A stretch of DNA of 64,000 nucleotides from Eledone cirrhosa. Its lineage: Eukaryota. Under the pieces are notes generated by a model. That model saw nothing but the letters and a program-made list of their open reading frames with translations, made no database searches and had not been told where the DNA came from. Position numbers and translations under genes: made by a program. Below are positions 38,981-55,562 of this stretch, one piece after another. The DNA lies in the NCBI GenBank assembly GCA_964016885.1, contig OZ024743.1, positions 165,292,001 to 165,356,000 of the forward strand, written 5' to 3'. Within the stretch, counting starts at the first letter, position 1, and every line of letters starts with the position of its first letter.

Positions 38981-41509
38981 ATGATCCTCCCCAAGTATAA
39001 CAATATTTGTTTCGACACACGATTTCATATAAAAAACCTCGCTAAACTAATTCATCGCCGCTACGGCATTAGCTTGTGCCAAGCTGAAAGGTTATTGAAA
39101 GACACTGTTTTCTGTTATATAAAAACTACAATAACAACAGAACAAATCCGCTTCTTAAAACACTGTGTTTCCTCCAAAACATACACAACAAACATATCAA
39201 AACAAGTAAATAATTTATTATTGAACAAAACACAAGCCGAACGACTAAAACACACAATAACAGTTAATATGAAAAGAACAACATACACAAAAGTCAACGC
39301 ACTCTACAGACAGAAATGCATTAACGGTAAGGAAATCCGAAATCTCATCACAGCAAACGAGAGAGATAACTTCATGAGCGTCATCCGACGTGAAACGAAA
39401 TACGCTCGAAACGAATGCAATAGGCATTTCAAGAAGAAATTAGAATGGATGAATAAGAAAAAACTACAAGAAAGGAAAATCGAATATTCTCAAAAATACC
39501 CAGATAACATCGACAATATCCGTATGACTGACGTAAAACTACCGGAAGAATTTACCAATGACCACACAGTAAATATCTATGGGAACACTTTAATCAGTGA
39601 ACAAGAACAACAAATCCTACGGTTACCACCAAAATTTGCCATCTACAAAAAGATTAACCCTATGGAGTGCAAAACGGAGCTGGAAAAGTGTTTCACAAAA
39701 ATACGTTGGAATGCAAAGGTAAACAACAACAACAATAATACCGGTAGTAGTAATATAAACAATAACTCTGGGTATAGAAATAACAGCCATAACCATAACA
39801 ATAGCAGGAAAGTGAGAAATAGTGATAATGGTAATAATACTAGCGATAGACAGAACAAAAACAACCACAATAATAATAATAATAGAAACGTTAACCACAG
39901 ACACAGCAACAGCGACCACAGTAGTAATAACGGTAACAATACGAACAACAACAACAATAACCACAGTGGTAATAATGGAAATAGTACATGTAGCAACATC
40001 AACAAAAACAAGAAACATAATAAAAGTAACAACCACAATGGTAGAAATAACAGGAACAACAAAAACAATAACGGTGAAGTAAACAACAATACATCTAGCA
40101 ATCATAACAATAATAATAATGCTAATGATAGAAACAACAACAACCACCCTGATAACAATAATAGCAACACACACAACTATGACGATAGATATAATGACAA
40201 CCCCTTAGAGAAACTATTTTTCAACCCAGCTGACAAAACATATAAGATGGGTAATATCTATCCTACGAGGTTACCCTTTAATAAAAGAGTTTGCATACCA
40301 CAACAAATAGATGACGAGACAGAGGCACAGTTCACCATAGCTAGAAATAAGATTAGACAAATAGTAGACAGGTATACTAAGAGACAGAGCAGACCAGAGG
40401 CCCAACAACTTGGGAGGAAACCTGTAGAAGGCTTGGTTAGCCTCAAGCAGCGCACAAGGGATGGTGAGGTAGTGTGTCTACCCACAGATAAGTCTGGTAG
40501 GATGTCAATAGATAGCATGCCGAACTACATCGAGGCTATGCAACCCCACATCACCAACACGAGCGAAGTTGCACAACAAACACACGATGGGAGAGAAAAA
40601 ATCCTCAACGCTCACATGATGATGTGGACTGACATCCTAAAGCCAAGCAGACGCACTGCCAACAACTTCCAGGCGTCTAACAATGGCATACCACCCTTGT
40701 ATGGGCTCCGCAAAGACCACAAGACAGTCGACGACACGACAACAGGACCACCAACAAGACCCGTATGCGGAGCTAATATAGCTAGCAACTACAGGATCTC
40801 CTACTTCCTCTCAATGGTTATACGCCCCATAATCAAGATGTCCCCAGATGTATGTGACAGTACAGAGGACCTCCTCAGCAGAATCAGTGAGTGCAACAAA
40901 AACAGGAGCCTATCCAACTGCATAATAGGCAGCATGGATGTGGTGTCACTGTACCCATCCATTAACATTGATTTTGCTGTGAAAAGATGTGTGGAGATGA
41001 TCATTGAGAGTGAGGTGGAGTTCTGCGACGTCGACACAGACGAACTGGGCCTCCTACTTAGACTTACCTACGACACTGACTACCTAGACAGCCATGATCT
41101 TAGATGTTTCTGCCCTAGTAGATCTATAAGAGGTAGACCTCCCACCATAACCTCAATGGCAAAAAAGACTCCCATAGGAAGGTGGATTGGGTGGACCAAA
41201 GCTATACGGACCCCCCAAAACAATGATTAGGTAAGAAAAATGGTCGCACATGCAATAGGGGCTAGTATAAAAACTGCCCTAAAGGGCCACATATTTAAGT
41301 TCAATGAGAAAATCTACACCCAAAATGAGGGAGCAGCCATCGGCGTCAGCATAGCTGGTGATGTTGCCAACCTTTTCATGGTATGGTGGGAAAGGAGACT
41401 TAAAGATCTCCTTAATGAAAGCTCCATAGACCTCATCATGTACTCTCGTTATGTAGACGATATCAATATAGTTATAAGAACAACCCACTAGAGAGAACTA
41501 ACAAGTTTG
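38981..41509 (+). pseudogene. Family A ORF N-terminus + RT; premature TAG at 41228 (CAG in copy 1); truncated after YVDD
   Basis: QIRFLKHC and ILRLPPKFA..KIRW PLE N-terminal motifs, an Asn-rich tract at about 39719-40200, and an RT nearly identical to copy 1. Confidence 0.92.
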
Positions 41510-44215
<2,706 letters not shown>

Positions 44216-44749
44216 ATAAATAAATACATACACAAGCACAATAACAACAAGCACATAAACACACACTAGTCACCCAGCAGACACAACACTATACACACTA
44301 GTCACACAGCACACATAACACTATACACATACGCAAACGCATGCGCAAGGAAGACAAAATAAAATAAGATAAACAAACAAGCAAATAAATAAATAAATAT
44401 ATAGACAGACTGAATAAAAAATGGCGTAGACATACAACACAACAGGAGGAACAAAGAATATAACACCACTGACGATGTTGCAGATGTGCAACGAAAGATT
44501 TATGTAAATTATGTAAACTATATATATGTGTTTGTGTCTATATTGTATCTGTATTATTTTTGACCGTCGGTCACTCAATGGCAACATTGAGGACCGAGTA
44601 AGTTAGATCGCAGATATAAAAGACAGCGAGAAGCGAAAACCAACCAAACAGTGAGTGTGTTCTGTTATTAATTCTGGCAATATTACGCAAATATGACCCT
44701 CCCCAAGTGTAACAATATATATATATGTATATATATATATGTATATATG

Positions 44750-44780
<31 letters not shown>

Positions 44781-44799
44781 GTATGTATATATATATATG

Positions 44800-44967
<168 letters not shown>

Positions 44968-45039
44968 TGTATATACATATATATATATATGTATATATAT
45001 ATATATGTATATATATATGTATATATATATATATGTGTA

Positions 45040-45359
45040 TATGGAGGAGGTTATAGTTCACTTGAAGCATTGTGCAATGAGGTATAAACGTTTGTATATG
45101 TATAATAAAGCCAAAACAATGCAGGTATGGACATAGAATAAAGAACGCAAATGCAAAAGATACTGTTGACAATTTGTCTTTTACCTTAGATTTATTTAAA
45201 TGTCCTTAATTTTCGAGATAATATCTCTTCTTCAGAGGTAAGTAAAGCTGTCAAACCAGTGTTCTAAATATATATATGTATATATATATATGTACATATA
45301 TATGTATAATATATGTATATATATATGTAAATATATATATGTATATATATATATATAAG

Positions 45360-45393
<34 letters not shown>

Positions 45394-45477
45394 AGTATAT
45401 ATATATATAAGTATATATATGTATATATAGATATGTATATATATATATAAGCATATATATATGTATATATATATAAG

Positions 45478-45531
<54 letters not shown>

Positions 45532-45535
45532 CATG

Positions 45536-45571
<36 letters not shown>

Positions 45572-45573
45572 TG

Positions 45574-45613
<40 letters not shown>

Positions 45614-45615
45614 TG

Positions 45616-45663
<48 letters not shown>

Positions 45664-45690
45664 CTTATATTTATATACATATATATATAC
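45040..45690 (-). mobile_element. PLE 3'-end fragment with HHR and its own microsatellite; second copy at 62898-63560
   Basis: 45040-45270 is near-identical to 62898-63130, and the following arrays share TAAGT, TAGA and TAAGC landmarks. Confidence 0.8.
45204..45238 (-). ncRNA. Minimal type I HHR (copy at 63062-63096)
   Basis: CCT CTGAAGA A GAGAT-ATT-ATCTC GAAA AT TA AGG, with a UUA triplet and loopless palindromic stem III. Confidence 0.78.
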
Positions 45691-46760
45691 ATCTATATAT
45701 ATAAAGGGAATATGGACATTGTTTAGTGTACCGAACTTGCATGCTACACCGTTCATCCAATTTTCATGAAACCTCACACATATATAAATCTCAACGCGTA
45801 GAGTGGAATAGGCTACTTGAAACTTTCGAAAAATTGATAATTGGGCCCTGTGACAGAATGTTTTTCGATTCCAATGAAATTTTATGTGAATTCGACCACA
45901 AGAACTCTTAGTTTACATCTGGCGCAATAAAAATAAATTTCATATGCCCATATAAGGACGTGCGTTATTAATTGGACGGCCAGCTGCATGTCTTCCCAGC
46001 TGTCTCAGTAAACGACCGACCATTAAAAAGTTTATCTTTTCATATTCCACCTTATTCAAGTGGAAATACAGTATTATCCCTATCTGAAAAGGGAACCAAA
46101 TTTAATGGTGTCTTTTGTGAACCTAAAACCTGTGAGTAAATTTTCAAACAGTCTTAAATAATCATGCTTTTTGAAAAAAAATTTACTAAATAATACGTTG
46201 ACCAAGTTGTATTGTACACATACAATACAAGTAAAAAAATTTACTTCGTACCAATGTTTTCCTTTTTTAAACAAAAGATTCTAAAAAATTACTTAATTTA
46301 TAATACAGTCTTTTACAGGAAGTGAGTAACTTTTCGGGTGTTTAAACGTAAGTTCACCAGGGTTTGTGTCTTCATTATTAGCCCACCTCTAATGGCATTT
46401 TTTGTTCTGCTTAAGACTAAATGCTATGAGCGTATTTGCAATTAATTGCGCACACGTGCACACCTGCATGCAGATAGACACTGACAGCCAATAAAAAATC
46501 GATAACTTGCTTAAGATATCGGTCAAAAAGAGAGATTGAATGTACTTTAGAACATTTTTTTAATATATTGTTCTTTTTGGCATGATATGTCAGAAATATA
46601 GCTACTATACACTTTGGTTTTTTTTTGTAACTAAAAAAACGGTTCCTTTTGGGTGGATACTTAACGAGAAAAATCCTAGGGTTTTGGACAAGTTTGTTTC
46701 AGGCGCTGTATAGACGCCTATTTTGTCACACCTTGGTCATGAATTCGTATTCTTTTCCAA

Positions 46761-47019
46761 TAGATATTTTCCGCTCTATAAGGCTCACCAGGAAATAAGG
46801 CGTATCATTTAAAATCAGGTCCGCACAACGGCGTGTAAGGCCAACCAGGAAAATGCTATCTTCTTTACTTTTAGTCTAGATCTATTACTTCTGTTAGAGC
46901 CGTGATTGATTACCATTGTATTATTTATACATAAGGCTCACCGGAGTATAAAGCGCAGAGCTGTTTTTTGATTAAATTTAATTATTTTAAGTGCAATTTA
47001 TAGACGGGAAAATTCGGTA
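46761..47019. mobile_element. Degenerate pogo/Tc1-like MITE
   Basis: Imperfect TIRs TAGATATTTTCCGCTCTATAA / TTATAGACGGGAAAATTCGGTA and three internal TAAGGC(T/C)(C/A)ACC repeats. Confidence 0.4.
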
Positions 47020-47141
47020 AGTTATTGTAATCATATTTCCAAACCTTCCCATTCACCAGTAACCATGCTAACGAATCTGGTGTCATCTCTCTCTGTATTT
47101 AATCACCTCTCTCTAACCTAACAGCTTCGTTAAACGTCGTT

Positions 47142-47567
47142 ATGCCCACACGGAAACGTTCAAGACTTACCTCCAAAAAAGGTACAGCTATTGCTTTGAG
47201 ACAACGAATTAGGCGTTCTCAGGTATGAGTTCATTCACAATTGATTAATCGTTTATGCAATATTCTCCCTTAATGTTAGCAAGTACTGCGTTTATCCTAA
47301 CTGTCACCACTTTTAAGCAACTACAACATTCTAATCGTAGTTATATTAAATTTATTGTTGTACCTTGATTCCCTTTTGTTCATGTTAGACTTTTCTCATT
47401 TACTATTGACACTGCCATTGGCTTAGCTAACCAGTAGAATTAATTAATTTTCTCTAGGAAACACCTGCTGACCGCGAATCTGGACTCGCTGATAGACGTC
47501 TTTCCCGGCTGGTTGAGTCACCAACATCACGTACGACAAGGCTTGCTGATGTTCGCCTTCGTATAGT
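47142..47567 (+). pseudogene. Helitron RepHel-like N-terminus in two exons (47142-47222, 47458-47567)
   Basis: MPTRKRSRLTSKKGTAIALRQRIRRSQ|[35 protein letters not shown], joined in frame across a phase-0 GT..AG intron at 47223-47457. Confidence 0.55.
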
Positions 47568-47599
47568 ATATATATATATATATGCTTATATATATATAC

Positions 47600-47730
<131 letters not shown>

Positions 47731-47945
47731 AGAAAACTTATAATGAAACAATTGTTTGGAAAGAGAGATATATTTTAACTTTAATTATATCTCATAAAAT
47801 AATACAACTGGCTTTCCACAAAATACATATAGTTAGCACCCCAAACACTTAAATTGGGTTTATACTAACATATAACCTAATGTTTGTTGAGTGAGATGGT
47901 TACCAGTCAGAGTTTAGCTTTAAGCTATCTCTGTTATTGTATTAA

Positions 47946-47976
<31 letters not shown>

Positions 47977-48248
47977 TATACTTATATATATATATACTTA
48001 TATATATATATACATATATATATTTACATATATATATAAATATATATACATATATATATACATATATATATATATACATATATATATTTAGAACACTATA
48101 TGTATATATATATATATATAAGTATATATATATGTATATATATATATGTATATATATATATGTATATATATATATATGTATATATATATATGTATATATA
48201 TATATATGTATATGTATATATATATATGTATATAGATATATGTATATG

Positions 48249-48297
<49 letters not shown>

Positions 48298-48330
48298 GTA
48301 TATGTATAGATATATATGTATATATATATT

Positions 48331-48369
<39 letters not shown>

Positions 48370-48529
48370 GTATGTATATATATATGTATATATATATGGA
48401 AAGTTATATTTAAATTGTTGGGTTACAACTAGTAAATATTTATAACTGATATAAAAGCACTCAACAAGTATTTGGAGTATATTTACGATATTAAATAAAT
48501 GGAAACTATATTTATAAAACCATATTTAT

Positions 48530-48589
48530 TTCATTATATATATTTCAGGGATATCATATTAACAATATGTTATGCCTTCTTCAGACAAA
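48530..48589 (-). ncRNA. Type I HHR of family B
   Basis: Reverse complement of 55181-55240. Confidence 0.8.
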
Positions 48590-48690
48590 ATACAATATAG
48601 ACAGTTTTATAGATAAATAGATTTGACATACCGTTCAACATCGACTTGTATTTGAAAAAGTTGATTTGGCAGTGAAAAATTGTAATCATA

Positions 48691-48726
<36 letters not shown>

Positions 48727-49972
48727 AGGAAAGAAAGAAAGAAAGAAAACGAAGAAAAAGAAGAAAAAGAAGAAATGCATGCACCAAAATAGAGAGATGG
48801 AAAGATAGATAAAGAGAAGAACTTCATGTAAAGAAACAGAGAGAGATATAGAGATATATAGAGAGAGGAAATAGATAGAGATAGATATATATAGAGAAAA
48901 GTAGGTAGTTGGACGACATATCAATGATACCTTTATTTATTTATTTATTTATTTAGCTCTAGTATTAATGTAAGGGAGATATATGTCGTTAGGAAAGAAA
49001 CCAGCCGTTATATAGAGAGAAAAATGAAAAGTAACCAGACATAGGCGAGGCAGAATTCAAAAACCCTATGTTTTAATGTAGAAGTATTAGTTCGTATAAA
49101 AACCAGGCACTATAATGTAAATATCAGTATTCCTGAATGAGACACGTATCTATAATGTGTGAAAAGTAATGATCTTATGTCTAGTTTTAAAAATTCATAT
49201 GTTTATATAACTACAAACATCGACGTGAATTTACGTGATCAACTCTGCAAACCCCTATTTCACACGGAGAACATTCTCAATGTGCTATAAAAATTTAAGT
49301 ATACATATATGTGTATATATACACACATATATATAGAGTCTATATTAATTTTAACAATACTATTCTTGTCTTTACTCTACATGATTATCTATCAAGCAGA
49401 AATAGAGAACAGATTTCAATATATTAATAAAAATATCAGAAACAAAAACAAAAAATACAAAAAATAATAATAATAATAATAAAAATAAACAAATAAATAA
49501 AATAGAAAACTAAAAAATATTACATATTAAAAATGAAAATATTAAAAATATTAAAAAATATTATTAAAAAATATTAAAATATTAAAATAATAAAAATAAA
49601 AACATAATATGCCACGCAAATCGACCACAAAGATCAACCCTTCAAAATTAATTGACAATATATTGCCAAGTTCATTATAAGCATCAGAGTCGAAAACAGA
49701 CAAAGCTAAAAATTATTTACCAAATTGCGTCTAGCAGAAATCATTTCAAAAGTTTAGGATGCCCATTTGGTCTACATATGTTCTTATATTTAATATAGAA
49801 GTTTATCTAGTGTAACGTTTATTCGATATATTTGGAGCATCAACTTTTAGGGTAGTTTAATTTTTCATGAAGAATGTTTAAAATAAAAATAAAATAAAAA
49901 GAAGAATACAAAGAAGAAATCGAAAGATTTATCGGCTAGTTTCCCAAATAATTACAAATCAAACTAAATATA

Positions 49973-52187
49973 CTACATTTTAAATTTAAATTTATATTTA
50001 AAAGTTGAGTTCAATCTATGTTTGCAGCAACTGAATAAATTTGTCCGTAGATTAAGGGAATTTTTAGATTTTAGTATAAAGAATATCTCCTCCGCGCAGA
50101 GGTCACATGTCTCAGAGGATGAATTAAAAGGAATCCCTCTTGAGACTATATTCCAAGCCGTCGAATATCTAACGTTATCTTGCCTAAGTTGCCAGAGTAC
50201 GCATGATAGTGCTGTTGAAGATTTTTTGCTTGGATCTGTGAAAGAATTCTTGTGGTTATTATAGCGAAGTTTAAATTCCGTCGATGTGGAACCGACGAAG
50301 TTAAAAGAATTAGAGTCCGTTTTAACATTACAGTTGTATATTATATTTTTAACTAAGCAGTTGTTATTTAACGGACATTTAGATCTATCTCTACAGTTAC
50401 ATTTGTTAACTTGTATATTATTTATGCTATTATTGCTAGGTTTTAAGTTCCTATTATTTATTCTATTAATATTTTGTGCTAAATTTTTGGTGGATGAGTA
50501 GGTTAATTTTATAGTATGTCTATTGAAAATTGAGTGATACCTATGTGTTCTAGGGAAGCGATTATCAAGAGCTTTAAAAAATAGTTTAGCGATGTGGGTT
50601 TTAATGTTTAGTGAGAAAGGGGGGGGGGCAAACCATATTATGTTCCTAGTTCTATTTCTCTTTTGGCTTTTGGAATTATTGTAATGCTTTCTATTATAGT
50701 TGTTAAGATTGTGGCCGTAATTAAAATAGTTGTTATTTTGTTTAGTTTGTCTATCATTATCTATGTACATAATCTTATCACTATATCCTGCTCTAGCTAA
50801 CGCTTCATTGTAGTACTGGGCCTTTTCGTCGAAAATCTTTCTATTAGACGAGATTCTAGAGATACGTTTTTGAACAGAGTTTACTATAGTGTTTTTGACA
50901 GATCTGGGGTGGTTAGAGTTAAAGCTGACATAGTTTAAGTTTTCATTCAACTTGTGAAATGGATAGTGAAGACATGTGTTGAGATTTAATGTTATATCTA
51001 GGAAATTGACTATTCTATGGTTGTTCTCAATTTCTATTTTTAGATTAAAGTAATTAAAAAATTGTGTAATTTGTTTTCTTTTTCTATTTAGTTCAGAGTT
51101 ATTATTATCAATAAGTAAAAGCATGTCATCTCTATATAAACCTCCGGTAGTACCAGGTATTTTCCTATGTAGCGAATTGATTAAAAATAAGCCCACAAGG
51201 TCAGTTACCTGAGCTGAGTCGGATGATCCCATAGTAATGTCAAAATTGCTATCTCTATCTGCTCTGGTCCATAGTTGGTCATTAAATTCTATCAATGTTT
51301 TCCTAGCCGATAATATAATGTGCATTTCATTGCTAGTTAGGTCTGTATGTTTGAATGCGTAATTTAGTGCCTTATTTAGTAGATTAGGGGTAATAGAAGA
51401 ATAATAGTTAGCAATATCAAGTTGAATAAACTTATTATTGTTATATTTAATTTGCTTAAACCACTCAACAACCTCTCCAGTTCCCTTCCACAAGCTCAGG
51501 TTAGGTAAACAATCCAAGTTTTTAATTTGCTGTATCACCCTGTCAAGAATGTTTTTGCTTAATTTGCCCAGGTCCGATTTTGATGGTGCGATCAATCTAA
51601 CTGGCAAGTCATTTTCAAAATTCCTTTTGTGATCTTTCATATTGATCTTCGGTTTCCTGGGCACGAAAGGTTGTGTTCTGTTCTCAATTTCCAACTCGTG
51701 CATTATACAAGATGCTTCAACATTCATTTTCTCAAGCTCGGCCTTATCTGCTACCTTGTACTTTTTCCTCAGTTCCTTCAGTATGAGGCCATTATACATG
51801 TCTTTCTGCACTCCATAGAGGTTGTTGGTCTTGTCAGATTTCACCAAGATCTTCTCAGTCTTCTCTAAGCTCTCAATATTATCCTTTAATGCCTTTCAGA
51901 TATTCCTGGCCTTTGAAGTTTCTCTTGAATTTGACCCCTTGTATGATAGAAATTATATCGTTTTCAAAGTCAGATAAAAGTTTGTTAGGGGGTGGATTTC
52001 TTTTAGATTTGAAAACTTTGTTTAAGTCCGAGACATTTTCATTTATATTAGATTTATCAAAGTGGAATGCTCGCCACCTGATTCTCCTTATAAAAGAGTC
52101 AGATTTATCTATAAATTGTTTTATAAAGTCTTTGTTTCTAGGTAGAGGTATGTCTTTTAAAGAGGAAGTAATCTTAAAGAATTCCAT
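49973..52187 (-). CDS. Naiad-like RT-GIY-YIG protein, intact apart from a 1-nt frameshift near 51895
   Basis: SLKDIPLP..FIRRIRWRAFHF, KSDKT, KDHK, LDIANYYSSI, MGSSDSAQVTDLVG, GLYRDDML, VNFLDITL, CNCR...CPLNNNCL, IIY..FVG..R.NNH, CDLC..E and CKH motifs. Confidence 0.9.
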
Positions 52188-52322
52188 TTTTTCAATTATA
52201 ATATAAAGCGCTCAACAGTATTGGAGTATATTTGGAAAGTTATATTTAAATTGTTGGGTTACAACTAGTAAATATTTATAACTGATATAAAAGCACTCAA
52301 CAAGTATTTGGAGTATATTTAC

Positions 52323-55047
52323 AATTAAATATAACAATAATAAGTTTATTCAACTTGATATTGCTAACTATTATTCTTCTATTACCCCTAATCTACTAAA
52401 TAAGGCACTAAATTACGCATTCAAACATACAGACCTAACTAGCAATGAAATGCACATTATATTATCGGCTAGGAAAACATTGATAGAATTTAATGACCAA
52501 CTATGGACCAGAGCAGATAGAGATAGCAATTTTGACATTACTATGGGATCATCCGACTCAGCTCAGGTAACTGACCTTGTGGGCTTATTTTTAATCAATT
52601 CGCTACATAGGAAAATACCTGGTACTACCGGAGGTTTATATAGAGATGACATGCTTTTACTTATTGATAATAATAACTCTGAACTAAATAGAAAAAGAAA
52701 ACAAATTACACAATTTTTTAATTACTTTAATCTAAAAATAGAAATTGAGAACAACCATAGAATAGTCAATTTCCTAGATATAACATTAAATCTCAACACA
52801 TGTCTTCACTATCCATTTCACAAGTTGAATGAAAACTTAAACTATGTCAGCTTTAACTCTAACCACCCCAGATCTGTCAAAAACACTATAGTAAACTCTG
52901 TTCAAAAACGTATCTCTAGAATCTCGTCTAATAGAAAGATTTTCGACGAAAAGGCCCAGTACTACAATGAAGCGTTAGCTAGAGCAGGATATAGTGATAA
53001 GATTATGTACATAGATAATGATAGACAAACTAAACAAAATAACAACTATTTTAATTACGGCCACAATCTTAACAACTATAATAGAAAGCATTACAATAAT
53101 TCCAAAAGCCAAAAGAGAAATAGAACTAGGAACATAATATGGTTTGCCCCCCCCCTTTCTCACTAAACATTAAAACCCACATCGCTAAACTATTTTTTAA
53201 AGCTCTTGATAATCGCTTCCCTAGAACACATAGGTATCACTCAATTTTCAATAGACATACTATAAAATTAACCTACTCATCCACCAAAAATTTAGCACAA
53301 AATATTAATAGAATAAATAATAGGAACTTAAAACCTAGCAATAATAGCATAAATAATATACAAGTTAACAAATGTAACTGTAGAGATAGATCTAAATGTC
53401 CGTTAAATAACAACTGCTTAGTTAAAAATATAATATACAACTGTAATGTTAAAACGGACTCTAATTCTTTTAACTTCGTCGGTTCCACATCGACGGAATT
53501 TAAACTTCGCTATAATAACCACAAGAATTCTTTCACAGATCCAAGCAAAAAATCTTCAACAGCACTATCATGCGTACTCTGGCAACTTAGGCAAGATAAC
53601 GTTAGATATTCGACGGCTTGGAATATAGTCTCAAGAGGGATTCCTTTTAATTCATCCTCTGAGACATGTGACCTCTGCGCGGAGGAGATATTCTTTATAC
53701 TAAAATCTAAAAATTCCCTTAATCTACGGACAAATTTATTCAGTTGCTGCAAACATAGATTGAACTCAACTTTTAAATATAAATTTAAATTTAAAATGTA
53801 GTATATTTAGTTTGATTTGTAATTATTTGGGAAACTAGCCGATAAATCTTTCGATTTCTTCTTTGTATTCTTCTTTTTATTTTATTTTTATTTTAAACGT
53901 TCTTCATGAAAAATTAAACTACCCTAAAAGTTGATGCTCCAAATATATCGAATAAACGTTACACTAGATAAACTTCTATATTAAATATAAGAACATATGT
54001 AGACCAAATGGGCATCCTAAACTTTTGAAATGATTTCTGCTAGACGCAATTTGGTAAATAATTTTTAGCTTTGTCTGTTTTCGACTCTGATGCTTATAAT
54101 GAACTTGGCAATATATTGTCAATTAATTTTGAAGGGTTGATCTTTGTGGTCGATTTGCGTGGCATATTATGTTTTTATTTTTATTATTTTAATATTTTAA
54201 TATTTTTTAATAATATTTTTTAATATTTTTAATATTTTCATTTTTAATATGTAATATTTTTTAGTTTTCTATTTTATTTATTTGTTTATTTTTATTATTA
54301 TTATTATTATTTTTTGTATTTTTTGTTTTTGTTTCTGATATTTTTATTAATATATTGAAATCTGTTCTCTATTTCTGCTTGATAGATAATCATGTAGAGT
54401 AAAGACAAGAATAGTATTGTTAAAATTAATATAGACTCTATATATATGTGTGTATATATACACATATATGTATACTTAAATTTTTATAGCACATTGAGAA
54501 TGTTCTCCGTGTGAAATAGGGGTTTGCAGAGTTGATCACGTAAATTCACGTCGATGTTTGTAGTTATATAAACATATGAATTTTTAAAACTAGACATAAG
54601 ATCATTACTTTTCACACATTATAGATACGTGTCTCATTCAGGAATACTGATATTTACATTATAGTGCCTGGTTTTTATACGAACTAATACTTCTACATTA
54701 AAACATAGGGTTTTTGAATTCTGCCTCGCCTATGTCTGGTTACTTTTCATTTTTCTCTCTATATAACGGCTGGTTTCTTTCCTAACGACATATATCTCCC
54801 TTACATTAATACTAGAGCTAAATAAATAAATAAATAAATAAAGGTATCATTGATATGTCGTCCAACTACCTACTTTTCTCTATATATATCTATCTCTATC
54901 TATTTCCTCTCTCTATATATCTCTATATCTCTCTCTGTTTCTTTACATGAAGTTCTTCTCTTTATCTATCTTTCCATCTCTCTATTTTGGTGCGTGCATT
55001 TCTTCTTTTTCTTCTTTTTCTTCGTTTTCTTTCTTTCTTTCTTTCCT

Positions 55048-55079
<32 letters not shown>

Positions 55080-55286
55080 TATGATTACAATTTTTCACTG
55101 CCAAATCAACTTTTTCAAATACAAGTCGATGTTGAACGGTATGTCAAATCTATTTATCTATAAAACTGTCTATATTGTATTTTGTCTGAAGAAGGCATAA
55201 CATATTGTTAATATGATATCCCTGAAATATATATAATGAAATAAATATGGTTTTATAAATATAGTTTCCATTTATTTAATATCGTA
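52323..55286 (+). mobile_element. Inverted, 5'-truncated copy of family B
   Basis: Near-perfect reverse complement of 48484-51452. The ORF at 52324-53801 is broken by a C9-versus-C10 homopolymer indel near 53150. Confidence 0.95.
55181..55240 (+). ncRNA. Type I HHR of family B
   Basis: TTTGT CTGAAGA AGG..CATATT-GTT-AATATG..CCT GAAA TATATA TA ATGAA, with an AUA triplet. Confidence 0.8.
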
Positions 55287-55288
55287 TG

Positions 55289-55327
<39 letters not shown>

Positions 55328-55412
55328 ATATGTAAATATATATATATGTATATATATATATATGTATATATATGTATATATATGTATATATATATATGTA
55401 TATATATATATG

Positions 55413-55459
<47 letters not shown>

Positions 55460-55509
55460 GTATATATATGTATATATATATATATATGTATATATATATG
55501 TATATATAC

Positions 55510-55556
<47 letters not shown>

Positions 55557-55562
<6 letters not shown>

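Larger units (their letters stand above)
45692..47567 (+). mobile_element. 5' portion of a Helitron (3'-truncated)
   Basis: A|TCTATATATATAAAG 5' end, a CCAATTTTCATGAAA subterminal motif, and a spliced ORF resembling RepHel N-termini. Confidence 0.6.
48398..52322 (-). mobile_element. Naiad-like PLE family B, full-length unit
   Basis: 89-bp direct repeat at 48398-48486 and 52233-52322, RT + GIY-YIG ORF, and an HHR at 48530-48589. Confidence 0.93.

Noticed and set aside
39623-40174. Hydrophobic minus-strand ORFs (V/I/L-rich)
   Set aside because: They are antisense shadows of the Asn-rich PLE tract
49973-52187. Selenoprotein-type Naiad (in-frame UGA at Cys positions)
   Set aside because: All Cys motifs are ordinary Cys, and the break near 51895 is a 1-nt frameshift rather than a UGA
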